In this document: one piece after another, positions 1-11,995 of the stretch
Numbering within the stretch: the first letter of the stretch is position 1
Layout of the letters: the number at the start of each line of letters is the position of its first letter
Made by a program: the position numbers and the translations under genes
Assembly (NCBI GenBank): GCA_030704615.1
Contig: CM060732.1
Coordinates: forward strand, 7,316,001 to 7,380,000
Source: Takakia lepidozioides
Lineage: Eukaryota > Plantae > Bryophyta
Length of the DNA stretch: 64,000 bases
Reading direction: 5' to 3'
Notes under the pieces: model-generated
What the model saw: the letters and a program-made list of their open reading frames with translations, nothing else
The model's database searches: none
Told to the model about the DNA's origin: nothing

Positions 1-747
1 TGAAAAGTTTATCTTCAGGCGATGCCTCCACATACAAGGCATAGTGTGCACCAACTACGAGAGGCCAACTTACAAACTGTACGGAATATTTGTATGGTGA
101 GGAAGAGAGCAGTAGGGATAGAATTACAACCCCAGAGAATGGTCTTCAGGAAACTGAGGGTCCACTTATGCACAGAAATGAAATCAGGTGGTGCTTTGGA
201 GAAAAGAACAAATCCACAGAGAAAACACGTGATACCAAAGTTTCTTGCGGAAATTGGAAGCAGTACACTTAATCCGCAAACAGGCAGGGGGAAAAAAGAT
301 TCAAAATCAAAATGCCCATGTTTTCTCTTAGAACCTGTGGCGGCAAAGCGGGCATGTGCCATTGTGCTGAACCCAAGTCTGAATGCACGCCTTCCCTTCC
401 ACCGGCCCTTGTGTTAACCATACTTGCATAAGATGATTATCCACCAAGTCCTGTGTAGCACCCCTGAGAGCCTGCTCCTCCTTGATTCTGTACATATCTA
501 ACTGCTGCTATAAAGCCTGCATGCGCTTCGCATGAGGTTCAACCAAGGCTGCATAGGCAGCAGTCGGATTATTGGCTTCCTTCCAAGCCTTGTTAACCAT
601 AGAGAGTTCATTCTTTTGGCCCGTGAGTGTTGGTTGCAACTCCAGGATGTACCTTTCCTTCTCAGCCTCAATCCGACTGTATTGTTGGAAGGTATCCTCA
701 TTGCGACGGATAGTAGCCTTCAAATCAGCAATGAGTTTCCCTTGCTA

Positions 748-1339
748 GGTGAATGCAGGGTTGACTGGACCGAAATGGACGTTACCGGCACAGTTTTAGA
801 TGACTGCAATTGATAGTGTCATCAATTGAATTTGAATTAACTCATTAAAACCAGAAAATATATATGTTATTGGATTCCTAGCTTCAATACGCACCCATAG
901 CAACTCTCCAATCATGAATCCGATAAGAAATGACTCTGCTATGGACTTTTGAACACTGTCATTGTGGACTGTTACCGCAGTGAATGGAATTACAATGGAC
1001 TCAAGTTCTCATATGTGTCATTGGTGAATTCCATTGAAATTTGGAGTTAAGGTGGTCATTTTGGTCCACATCATAGGTATGGATTTGAAGTGGCAAAATC
1101 ATTTGTCATTTGACTCATATGGACTAATATATGTCAAAACAATAGGCGTTTTAAAAAAAATCCATAGCTCATCTTGTTTTTTGGATTTTGGGTGTCATTG
1201 TTTTTCTAGAAGTATAAAAAACTATAATCTTCAATGGCTAGGTGGCATATTGAATTTATTTTGTAAACTCTAATTTTTAGTTTTTCATAATTTCTCTAAA
1301 TAATAGACTAAAATATTTAATGAATTATATCTTTAATAT
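748..1339. other. AT-rich foreign insert interrupting element A's accessory ORF
   Basis: Absent from the homologous position of element B (about 29330-29400) and much lower in GC. Confidence 0.55.
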
Positions 1340-1342
1340 TTG

Positions 1343-2548
1343 CTACAGAGCAGTTGTTAGTGTGGCACATTGGATGGTCATTTTCTGATGAACTGCCTCC
1401 AACTCTGTATGAAGCACCTTCACTTCCTGCAATTTTCCCTCATGCTTCACTTGCAACTGGTATAGCTGTTGCTTATGTACTTCATGCAACTTCTCCTGCT
1501 CCAGACCCGCTTCAATCATATTCCCCTTTGCTAGCTGCAAAACAGCCTTCGTGTCCTCCAACTCTTTCTGCAACTTGAGGTTGGCCTCCACATCCACATT
1601 GTTTGCACACTCAGTGGCAATTCTAGCCTCAAACTCCTGCTTGAATTCCTCCCTCAAAGCTGCTAATTGTGTGGATGGAACATGGGATTTCACATAAGTG
1701 CCCAACAAATTGAGTGTCCTGCTTATGGAACTCATAAGCATGGCCTGCTGTGGGTCTTCATAGGAAACTTGTTGATGGTCCCTCTGATTCTCCACAGTGT
1801 GATGTTTCACCAACCATTCAGGCCATGTTCCCACAAGATCTTCTTCCTCAACGACCTCATTCTCCACAGGTGCTGCAGTGCCCTTACATTCTACCCCTGG
1901 AACCTCCTTCACAAATTCGGGCATGACATGCACAGCAGGGATTCCCTTGGTCAAACTATGCATCTTTGGTACTACTGGTTCTCCAACCATGCCAGAGTTC
2001 TCATAGAGAAGGTCACCCTTATCAACGTCTGCCACTACCTGCTCTATAGTGGGAATGTTCAACCCTTCTCCTTCCACAACATTAGGCTCTGGTGTGACAG
2101 CATGCACAATGTGAGTTACCCCTGGGGCAACCGAGTCAATTAGCCGTGGTGGCTGTGGCACTGAAGTGACTTTTTTTTCTCTTTCCAAGGGTCGTGATTC
2201 CAACAGTAACAACCCTCTGTGCTGCTGTTCCCCATCCAGCACAAGAGCTATGGAAACATCATCTTGCGGTTTCCTTGAAGCTAGTGGATCTGTCACTACC
2301 GTTGTATCCCGCTTCTGTCTCTTGGACTGGTGCTGTCTCTCCAATCCCCCTTCACCTTGTGATGAGCCTTGCTCCTCAATTGCAGTGGTTGTTGTCTCAA
2401 ACATTCCCATCTCTTTGCGTTCACGCACATCAAGCAAACAAGAGTCAAGAATAATTTGAGCAATTATTGGGCCAGACACAATGATCGGAGACTTAGCAGC
2501 AGTGCCCTGTAACCGCTTCATCTCTTCCACCTGACCATTGTACATCAA
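1343..2548 (-). CDS. LTR-retrotransposon accessory coiled-coil protein (fragment)
   Basis: 401-aa ORF homologous to the frameshifted ORFs at 29100-30586 in element B (MKRLQGTAAKSPIIVSGP...). C-terminus is E/K/Q/L-rich. Confidence 0.6.
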   Translation of the reverse strand: MMYNGQVEEMKRLQGTAAKSPIIVSGPIIAQIILDSCLLDVRERKEMGMFETTTTAIEEQGSSQGEGGLERQHQSKRQKRDTTVVTDPLASRKPQDDVSIALVLDGEQQHRGLLLLESRPLEREKKVTSVPQPPRLIDSVAPGVTHIVHAVTPEPNVVEGEGLNIPTIEQVVADVDKGDLLYENSGMVGEPVVPKMHSLTKGIPAVHVMPEFVKEVPGVECKGTAAPVENEVVEEEDLVGTWPEWLVKHHTVENQRDHQQVSYEDPQQAMLMSSISRTLNLLGTYVKSHVPSTQLAALREEFKQEFEARIATECANNVDVEANLKLQKELEDTKAVLQLAKGNMIEAGLEQEKLHEVHKQQLYQLQVKHEGKLQEVKVLHTELEAVHQKMTIQCATLTTAL

Positions 2549-2881
2549 CTACGCCCAAGCCACATCCTCTCTACTCGCTTAATGGATAACAATGCTATCA
2601 CATAAACTAGTGTTGGTAACCAACGTGCTCTTCCTCTACAGGCCACCTGATAAATCTTTATCACTCCTTTCTCCAGACCCCACTCAAGGTCAGCATCATG
2701 CACTCTCTTAAGAATGTTTTCTTTACAACCGTCTGGCAATTCCAAGAACCTCTGAAAGAATTGTTTGGACAATCTTTCCTTCTTAGTTCCACAGGGAATT
2801 TGATTCACATCAAATTCTTTGATTCTCCAACCACCATGATCCCACCAGATGCCTGTCACATCTGGTTGTTCATGACCCAGT

Positions 2882-2899
2882 TCCCCAGTATGGTCGCCA
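2882..2899 (-). promoter_or_regulatory. Primer-binding site (tRNA-Asp-like, Athila type)
   Basis: Minus strand reads TTTGGCGACCATACTGGGGA immediately after the LTR, resembling the Athila PBS TGGCGCCGTTGCCGGGGA. Confidence 0.7.
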
Positions 2900-2901
2900 A
2901 A

Positions 2902-3886
2902 TGTCGAGCGGCTTTTACTCACCCATCCCTTCGCTATCCGAGGTGGAAACTCCAAGATAGAAGAGTTGGATATCTCTAAGCACTCAGCCCGCTCAGAACA
3001 ATCAGTCATGACCTGCAGCTAGTGAATCATGGTTGTGCTTCCTATTTGTATTCCTTCTTGCCTTCATGTTATCAATTTACCTTATCGTGTATACTGAAGC
3101 ATCAGATTGCTTCAGTATCTACTAAGTTCCAATTAATCATGCATTCATTCCACAGCTTCTCTCGTGTCTCTCTCTACAGTATGTTTGTATCGATTCAGTA
3201 TCGGATTAAGATTAATCATGTATCATGCCTATGCCATGGTGTCTCTAATCTACCCTACTGTATAATTTTACATCTTGCATGAATTAAGCCTCAATCAAGT
3301 CATCATCTCCTCTTCACTGTTTCCGCTCTTCATTACATCTCCTCCTCTCCTAAACAAGTCGCCCTCTCAAGAAGTGATCCCCTTCCTGTTGCCGCTCTGC
3401 CTAATCTACCCGCAAGTTGTTCTAACCACCTAACTGACTAACCGTCACCCCTGAAGTAACACGTTCCCTCTGCAGATGTCGTTCCCTCACAGTCGTTCCC
3501 TGTCAATGATAACTGTTCCTCATGTACTGTGACAGGCTGTGTCAAGCTGTGCCGAGTTGTGATTGGCTGTGTAAAGCTGTGTCGGGCTGTGACTGGCTGT
3601 GCGAAGCTGTGTCGGGCTGTGTCAGATTGTGTCTGGCCATGATGACTGTGACGGGCTGTGTAAAGATGTGTCGGGCTGTGACTGGCTGTGCGAAGCTGTG
3701 TCGGGCTGTGTAAAGCTGTGTCTAGCTGTGATAGACTGTGACGAGCTGTCTAACCCTCCTAAAGCCTGCGCCTGCCACCCCTAAGGCTCCTGTTGGTCTC
3801 AGTCTACCATTCATAAATCTGCGCAAAAATTAAGGGTACCCCACAGAACCCGTAAAAGTGTCTAAGTCCCAAGCAGCCCTCTAACA
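2902..3886 (-). repeat. 5' LTR of element A (TG...CA, 985 bp)
   Basis: Begins tgtcgagcgg and ends ccctctaaca, like the LTRs at 26687-27535 and 54382-55211. PBS is adjacent. Confidence 0.93.
3525..3750 (+). repeat. GGCTGTG-rich minisatellite inside LTR
   Basis: Roughly 10-bp ggctgtg/aagctgtg units. Shorter versions occur at 27310-27415 and 55005-55090, and the reverse complement at 55890-56100. Confidence 0.85.
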
Positions 3887-4441
3887 GGAGTTTAGGGGTA
3901 GGCCATGTACAAGCAAGATGTCTGGGCATAGTCTGGCGGGGCAGGTGCACGGGGGGTGGGAGCAAGTACAAGGGAGAAGCCAGTGGGGGACGGTGTGGTC
4001 TGGGGGTCGTCCTTGGTAAGTACCAGCACTGATTAGCGAGAACCATCTTGTCTCGGCGCGATGGAGGAGGAGTTTATGGATGTGCCAGACTGCTTGGTTA
4101 TGGCGGGTTATACGAAGCCCATGGATGACCGGATGAGTACATTGGCTAAGAAGGTGTGGCCAGGTGTCGCGTTCCTGGTGGGTATGAGGACAGAGGGGGC
4201 AACGCGGGGATGGGAAGAGGCGTGGCCAGAATATGTGTATACGTTGATGTCCCATATATTGTGTGTATCGGAATTTAAGCGTCTGTTTGATTTGGGCGTC
4301 AGTAGCTGCTTTGGAGTGCCAGAAGTAGTTCGAGAGTTTGTTATGGAGTACACCGGATTGTGTCCATTTTTGTGTGTATAGTTTAGTGTGGCTAGCAGAT
4401 ACCAAGGTTTGCTTATTGGATACTTGAGTAAGGGATTTCAA
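3887..4441 (-). pseudogene. LINE C-terminus: zinc knuckle plus restriction-like endonuclease (truncated)
   Basis: CPLC...DTWPHLLSQC...RHNQAV...CPDILLV matches the CCHC-RH(D/N)-PD layout of RLE-type LINEs. Confidence 0.75.
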
Positions 4442-4564
4442 AAGGTTGCGTATGGGTCGGGGCTCAAGGGGGTCGGATATGGGGTGTATTAGCCAGAATG
4501 GGTGGGTATGTGCTATGTGGATGGGATCATTGGTAGGGTCAACAGCGGGTTCGTTGGCACCTTC

Positions 4565-6877
4565 CTAGGCAAGAAGGTCGGCAGCCTTGTTCCCCCGGAT
4601 ACATGTGTGTGCGCGCACTTTGATAAAGTGAATGGGTTGGTTGATGGAGATAGCTAGGTTGGCGATGGTTGTGATGAGATTACGGTCAGAGTGATAATGG
4701 TGAGAAGATGGGCAAGAGAGGTGGTTACGGATGAGAAAGAGCAAGGTGAGGCTGTCTGTGAAGATATAATGTGGAGGGGGGAATGAGGATAGTTGGGTGA
4801 GCGCTTCAAATATTGCCATTAGTTCTGCACGAAGTATAGTGGCAGGACCAAGAAGTCTGTGAGCGGAGCCCTGATTGGTAGCGGCATGGTATACTCCATA
4901 ACCTGCGTGGGGGCCATTGAGGGAGCCGTCGGTGTAGTGGGAGTGGGATGGCGGATATTTGGGAGGTATAGATTGGCAGTAGGATGGGAGGAGCGGGGGG
5001 AGCGTAGGAGGGGCAGGGGACGGGCGCGGTAACGTCTTATTCCATGCCTTGTTTAAATTAATCCTAGGGAGTGGGCCAGGTGGAATTGTGAGGACTGGGT
5101 GTGTAAGATGCTGGGGGTAGATGGTGGTTTTTAGCTTGTGAGTGCGCTTAAGAAGTTGATCCAGTAGGGCAGGGAAGGTGGGAGGTATGGTGAAATGTGT
5201 GGTATTTTGGCCATGAAGAATAAGGGTAAGGGTGGGTTCTTTGTAACGAAGGTATTTGGGGAGGGGCGGGGTGTGGATGTACCGGAGTTGGTTAGGTTCG
5301 ATAGCGGCGAGGAGTGTTACACCGGGTGGGAATTGTAGGAGGGGGTGGGGACTGTTGGGTAGCTTTTGGTGAGTGAGTAAAAGGATCGTGACGCTTGATG
5401 GGGAGGATTGTGTGGCCATACGGGCCCATTGGAGGGCCTCATGTGTGAGGGGGCCTGAAGGGGGGTTGGCAAATCCCCTCCCTGCCCATGCGCGTTGGGT
5501 GGCATGTCCGGTGGCTCCGAAGATGGAGTCCCGGGGATGGGGGTTGGCAAAAGTTGTGATTTCCATCGGGCACGTAAGCGGACTGGAATAATATGAATGA
5601 GTGAGTCCAAAAGTGGTAATGAGCAGAGAGAGGATATCCAGGGGGATGGTAGTATGAGCAAATGCTTGTGTTAGTTTTGTCAGGGAACGGGGTTTTTTGG
5701 GAGGAGTGTCTTGGAGGTAGTGGGTAGCAAGCCAACTGAGTTCGGTAGCAAAGTCTTGTCGGGGTGGGTGGATTTGAGCATCACAGGGGGAGGAAGTAGA
5801 GTATTTAGCCCATAGCCAAGCTAGTCTGTCATTGGGAATGAGGCTAAGAAAACGGCCGTTGAAGGTGTAGATAGTTGACATGCGAGGGCCTTGACAAATT
5901 GTGGGGGAGGTGTGCAGGATATCCTTATCTGGATTGCATTCAGTAATGTGTATGTGTACGTTGGGGGCGGTAAGTGGTTGATGTACGTGTCGAGCATCTT
6001 TGGGTTGGGTTTGGGAGATATGTTGTTGGTGGGTATGCGCGAGGTAGTTAGTGTCGGTACGTTTGTGGAATGCGGTGAGGAGTGTGAGATTGTCGCAGTC
6101 GTCATGTGAGCCAAAGAGGTCATCCTCGATTTGCCATGAGTTATCATCAGCTGTGTAGCCGGCCCATTGGCATAGGTAATAGGTATCAATACAAGTGGCC
6201 CCATATGAGTCTGTGGAAGTTTGGGTTTTAATACCTAGGATGGCTTCGATAACATATGCTTCGGGGTTATCTGTGTGGTCATGATGAGTTGCAGGAGTGC
6301 CAGGTGAGGTGGGAGCTGGGGTGGAAGTAGTTTGCGTAAGGAATGGCGTGTGGATGCAGGCCGGGGGGGGGGGCTGGGACGAGTCCCTATCCGAGTGGGG
6401 AGAGGGTATAGGGGAGGTGGATGTGGATGGGGTGTCTCTAGTTTCAAGTGTTCCTGCGGTTTGGGAGGCCCTAAGCGTGTGGAGAATAGAGGGGGATGGG
6501 CCTGATCTGTAGGCAGGTAGTAAGTCGCGTTGGGTATGAGGAAAGAGTGAGCATGGGAGATCGCATTCAAGGGTACATGATGCGGATGGGTGGCAGAGTA
6601 GAGTACGTAGGTGTTGGAGGAACCTGCATGTTTTGGCTGTGGCACGAGAATGTTTAAGTGTGAAGGCTCTCGGGGTTATAAGTTGAGTCCCTGTGGCGGT
6701 GATAAGTTGGGTGAGATGAGTGATATGCCGTTCTTTGAAATAGGTGAGGAGGGAGCGCTTTTGGCGGGGATGAAGGCGTTCAAAATGGGAGAGGGAGGGG
6801 CTAGTATTTAGGGCGTGTTCCAGCTGTGGTATCATGTTATGATAGCCGGGTATGTCGGTTTGGATGCTGATACGCAT
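4565..6877 (-). pseudogene. LINE polyprotein segment: chromodomain, amino-MTase-like domain, RNase H
   Basis: Chromodomain: YVIEAIL...YLCQWAGY...NSWQ. MTase-like: YSSPL...D.IFGA.G...W.GRGFANPP. RNase H: YTDGS...RAELMAI...FTDSL...KVRAH...GNKAAD. Confidence 0.85.
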
Positions 6878-9800
6878 TTGTCGTAGGATGAGTAGTGTAC
6901 GTGCTGTGGGGGAGTGTAGGCAAGATTGGGAATGAAGAGATGCCGCGGTAAATAAGTCCTAGGCGTCCAGGGTCATTGAGTGCTTCTTGTAGCTGGGTAC
7001 CAAGGGTTCGGACATATGAAATAATCAGGGGGCTAGAGCCGACACCGTAATAGTCTGTCGGGAGTTGGGTGAGGGCACTAGGAGTACTGGTAGGTAAGCC
7101 ACATATTGGCTTGGTTAGTTGAGTGATGTGTTTGTCTAGTACTTTGAGATCTGGTAGGGAGAAAGGAGCGGCGTGAAAAGAGTATTGGACTTGTGGCTTA
7201 AGCACAGAGCTGATGATTGATAGTTTGGGTCTAATGGAGACAGGGGATTTAAGAAGAGCCAGGCTTTTGTTAGAGAGCTTAGCAAGTGTGGTGGTCTTTT
7301 GCACATGCCAGGTGAGTGATGGGACTAGCTGGATACCTAAGTATGTGTAAGGCTCATCGGGTCCCAAAAAGGGGAAGGAGTTGTTTAGGTAATGGATGTA
7401 AAGTTTACAATGAGAAGCCATCGCAGTTTTTGTTAATTTACTGCGGTGGGTTGTTGCGGTAACGGCGCACTTGTGGAGGCTAAGTTCCATGCCGCACCAT
7501 AAGTTAAAGCGGGATAACTTGCTGACTTGCCGGTTGAGGTGTTGGGGTTTGTGAGCTAGAATAGCGAGGTCGTCAGCGTATGCGGCAGCGGAGATTTCAT
7601 TGAGGGAGGTTTTATAGTGATAGCCGAGATTCCCGCGTGCTAACCATCTTAGCAGAGGTTCTAAAAAGATAATAAAGAGCTATGGACTGAGGGTATCACC
7701 CTGGATGGTACCGCGTAGGATAGGAATAGGGGGGGTGGTACCATAGTATGAACCGGAGTATTCCGTAGTGCTGTTGGTATAGATGTTGCCAATGAGTTGG
7801 ATGGCATCGATGGAATACCCGAGGTCCGTCATGATGGCAAGTAGTCTAGCATGGTCTAAGGATCCGAAGGCATTTTTAAAGTCTATATACAAGAGATAGA
7901 TATCTTGTTTAGTGAGCTTGGCATCTTCGAGGGCTGAGAGGACGTATTGTATTTGACGAGTTGTGCTACGTGTGGTTCGGAAGCCCTCCTGGGGGTCACT
8001 CAGAATATGGTGTTGTTCATCGTAATTGGATAGCAGCGTGGTCAGTGTGCTGGTAAACAATTTATAGATAGTATTGGCTAGGGCTATGGGTCTGTAGTTA
8101 CCAAGGTTAGTTGGGTCGCCTTTCTTAAATAGCATGATGGTGCGGCTGTGTTTCCAAGTAGGTGGGATACGTTTGAGTTGGTAGCATAGTTTGAAAAATT
8201 TGAAGAAGAGGGTGTGAAGATGGGGGTCGAGCGCCTGTAAGATAGCGTTAGGGATCATATCTGGTCCAGGGGCCTTTGATTTGGATAGTCCTTTAAGGCA
8301 GGAGTCATAGAGATCTAGCGTGAAAAGGTCATGTATGCGGTCTATGGGTACCCCACGTTTGTCTAATGAGAAGCCGTCTAGGTCATGCCATGGGTAATGT
8401 TTGACTTTACATAAATAGTTGGGGTGGTGGTGGTCAGGGTGTAGGCAGTTTGCGACAACGGGCGTATAGGAAGCGGATGTTTGTATCCATATTTCTTTGT
8501 TGATATCAGTGGGGCTTGTCAAGAAGTGGCCCAGTCGATGTTTAAGGCAGTCGATTGGTGGATTGAGCGTAGGGTTAAAGATGGCTTTGTGTGCTCTTTT
8601 AGGATGGTCATGTAGGAGCTGGCCAAAGGAGGTAATAAACTTTTTGTGGTTATCGCTAGCTTTTTGTTTGGTTATAAGATATGCGGCTTTCTTTGCGTCC
8701 CTTCCTAGCTTGGCGAGGGCATCAACCCAGTTCAGGATGGCACTGTGGTCCATAGGAGGGGGCAAGAGGGCTTGGCATACTGGGAGAGAGTTTAGGCAAA
8801 TAATGCGGGGGTCTCGTCTCCATTCTGTGTGATAATTGTTGGATGGGGAATTGGGGATGATAGTAAGGGCACGGCGTATGGTATGATGGGTGTTAAGGTG
8901 AGAGGTCCAGGCGCGTTTTTGTGAGCGGATAAGGTATCCTCCATTTTGTTTGGATCGGGTAGTCTGGGGGAGGTCCTGAGGGGCCAAACAAGTTGCCAAC
9001 ACGCTTTTGGTCATTTCTTGGAGGATGGTTGTGAAGGTACGATCGGCCTCGAACCAGGAATCCTTAGGGGATTGCGTCGTATTTGTGTCGGAAAGGGTGT
9101 AGGAGAGTTTTTGGGTAAGGAGTGAGGCTTGAGGTTGGAAGTGTTTTAGAAATGTGGTGATATTATGTTGGGGTAAAGGTGAGAGGAGACGGGGTTGTGG
9201 GTCTTGGGCCTGGATAGGTGGGATGGGACGGATGGGGATGAGGGATGGTGGGAGAGAGACAAATACTGGGTAATGGTCTGAGTTGCATATGCTATTGATA
9301 TGAATATGGCTTGTAAGGTATGCGGGAATATCATTGGGTGACTTAAGATAGAAACCATCTATAAGGCTTAGAGATGAGTAATTAAGGCCGCCTTGCCTCG
9401 AATAGTGATAGTCTGAAGGTATGTATCTGAGATGATGGTTATGTATGAAACGGGCCCAGTCTCGGTCAAGAGGGGATGAGGGTTTGTGGACTCCGTTATA
9501 TGTGTGGCCCGATAGAGCAATGTCCCGGTTGAAGTCGCCAGCAAGTATATAGTGGTGATGTTGGTACGCGGGGTGCTTGATTGTGTTAGAGATTGTGTCC
9601 AAGATGTCGGGTATCAGGGATAGGTCCTCAGTATGGGATGGCATATATAAGTGGATGAGAGTGATGGGCGTAAGTGCAGGGAGATGCAGCTGGACAATTT
9701 GAAGGTGAGATCGGAGAGGGATGGGTACTAGAACTTTGGTGGTGGTGCTGGAAGAGTGATGGTTGCGGAGGATGCCAAGTGCCACACCACCCCGCGTAGG

Positions 9801-10050
9801 ACAGTATGGGGCGGAGCGACGGCGGAGACATTGTGTGGCTGCCATGGGGGTCCCATAGAGGAGGTAGTAGACTGGTAAGAGTTTGTTAATATAGGAGCTG
9901 TTGGTGTTGTTAGTGTTTAGTTTGGTTTCTTGGATGAGAATAATGTGTGGGGGAGTGGAGTCCGTGAGGAGGTGGATCAGACTCTGGATACTGGTGGCAA
10001 GGGATCCGACATTCCAAGTGGTGATGTTAAAGGAGTCTGACTGTAGATCG
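6837..10050 (-). pseudogene. LINE AP-endonuclease plus reverse transcriptase
   Basis: APE: TWNV, IQETK, AGDFN, SDH. RT: KAPGPD, NYRPIAL, QEGFR, IDFKNAF, QGDTLSP, YADD (about 7570), YTYLG. One in-frame stop at 7680. Confidence 0.93.
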
Positions 10051-10758
10051 GGGGTGGTCGGAGTGTGGGAGGTTTACTATTTCATGAGCGCATGAGCCCA
10101 TGAGCCCATGAGCCTATGAGCTCATGAGCGGACATCCGCGGAATTGGAATTTTCCTGCCTTTATTGACGGTGTTATGTCCTCTTACCTCGGTAATAGGGT
10201 CTGTTTCTCCTGGTCCAGGATGCGGAATGAGGTATTTCGGCGCCATTATTCCCAAGAGCAGTGTGCTAAAATGGTGTTTTGAAGACATCCACCGGGGTAT
10301 TTCGGCACCGAAATTACCTCTTAAAATGTGATATAGTGCGGTATTTAATGGCGCAGAACGGGCTATTTGGGCGCCGAAATACCCAAGTGGAATGTGCTGA
10401 AGTGCCTTGTGCTGAAGGCTTCCATCGCGATATTTTGGTACAGTAATTCATCCGTGGAATTTTGAGGCCCATATAACGAAGGCGCGCATTGGGCTATTTC
10501 GGCGCCAAATTTCCCAATAGGAATGTTAGAAACGGCAGGGTTTTCATGGCTTCAAGTTCTCGGCTCGATGGTATGCATAAATTACTTGTAGGGTTCTTCA
10601 ATGAAGTTTGCGTCTCTTCTGCTTTTATTATACATTTTGGTTGGCGGAAGAAATGTAGGGAATCGGACAAGCAGTCTGAACACAATGATTTTTCAAATCG
10701 TCATATTTTCATTAAGTATTTCAGAACTGTACAACAAAAGGATCCAAATGAGACTTTG

Positions 10759-11995
10759 CTATGGTGAGGATCCGCTATCACTGTCCGATGCATCCCCGGC
10801 CTCATGCAAGGATGGCTGCCTTCCACCTGCCTCCGAACCTGCACTGCCGCTACCGCTGTTACTCTGAGAAGCCCTCCCCTCAAAAATACCATCCTCACCA
10901 GCCGGAACTGTCCACCTGGGTGCGGAAGTGTCCTCAACATTCCCCTCGCTCTCGGACGCGGATTCTATTACGAACTTCCCTACTCTGCCTTTCACAATTC
11001 TATGTTTGGCCTCACGCCTCATTTAATTCTTTCTCTGGCTCATTCCCGTATGTCATTGCTCTAACCGAGTAGGCCTATCCTCCCTGCTAATGGCTTCTCT
11101 GGCAGCCGTGTCTGCATAGGCTGGTAGAAAAAAAGGCTTCTGGGGACTCGCGAGAAACGATTTTCTGGCAAAGAATGGCCGATGCGATTCTGTCTCTTCC
11201 TCTGCAACAGGGTCCGATTCGGGCAAGTCTCCCAGCTTCTCCTCGTCGGACGACTCTGCAAGGCTGAGTGTACGCACAAACATAGAATGAAGTACATTAG
11301 AGAATTCAAACAGGGAATCATCGGCAGGTTGCATGGTCCCTACAACCGAAACCAATACACTTACTATGGTGCAACTCACTCGAAGACAGGCATTGGGGGA
11401 AGCGGCTTCGGCGCCCCTGCATCGAACGAATTTCCTGGACTTCCTCCTCTTCATCTTCCTCCTCCCCTTCCACGTCATCTTCTGCGTTTTTGGGATCCTC
11501 AGTCGGAGGCAAACGCTGAAGGCCCGCCAAATTGTAATCGTACAAGGCCGTATCCCCCTCAAATGAGAAACACAAATCGGTTCGACATCCTTCCCGCCCA
11601 CATACAGGCACCTGCAAATTCATACGACACAACCACAACCAAACTCAAGAATGAGTCGCTTCCTCGCACAAGCAAACATATACAAACGGAAATGGTGTCA
11701 ATTTTGGTGCCGCATTCATTAACGTTCTCACCTGTATTTGCAGTGATGTCGAGGACCCTGCCTTCAACATACGTACATGTTTCCATGAGCGTCTGGGATG
11801 AATGCAGGACTCCTGGTCCTGCCATACCTCCATGGCTTGCCCGACAAATCACAAAGAATGTCCTTCTCTCCCACATGGTTGAACCATGACGTTATACTCC
11901 AGTGGATCAACTATGGAATCAACAGTCTTCCTGTTCACGTAATTTGAATTTCTAATGTTTCTTCACGAAGCAAAATGCCTGAAAGATAAGAGTCT
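10759..11995 (-). pseudogene. C-terminal part of the transposon amino-methyltransferase gene (copy 1)
   Basis: QTLMETCTYVEGRVLDITANTG / ACMWAGRMSNRFVF and WTVPAGEDGIFE are homologous to 50150-51286. Frameshifted. Confidence 0.75.

Larger units (their letters stand above)
391..3886 (-). mobile_element. Ty3/Gypsy LTR retrotransposon A (5' part; internally deleted, no gag-pol)
   Basis: LTR 2902-3886 and leader 2573-2901 closely match element B (54060-55211). The leader is joined directly to the accessory ORF that lies near the 3' end of B (about 30600). The left boundary is approximate. Confidence 0.85.

Noticed and set aside
1-390. Short ORFs at the window start
   Set aside because: No recognisable motif and no homology to element B, so they cannot be assigned.
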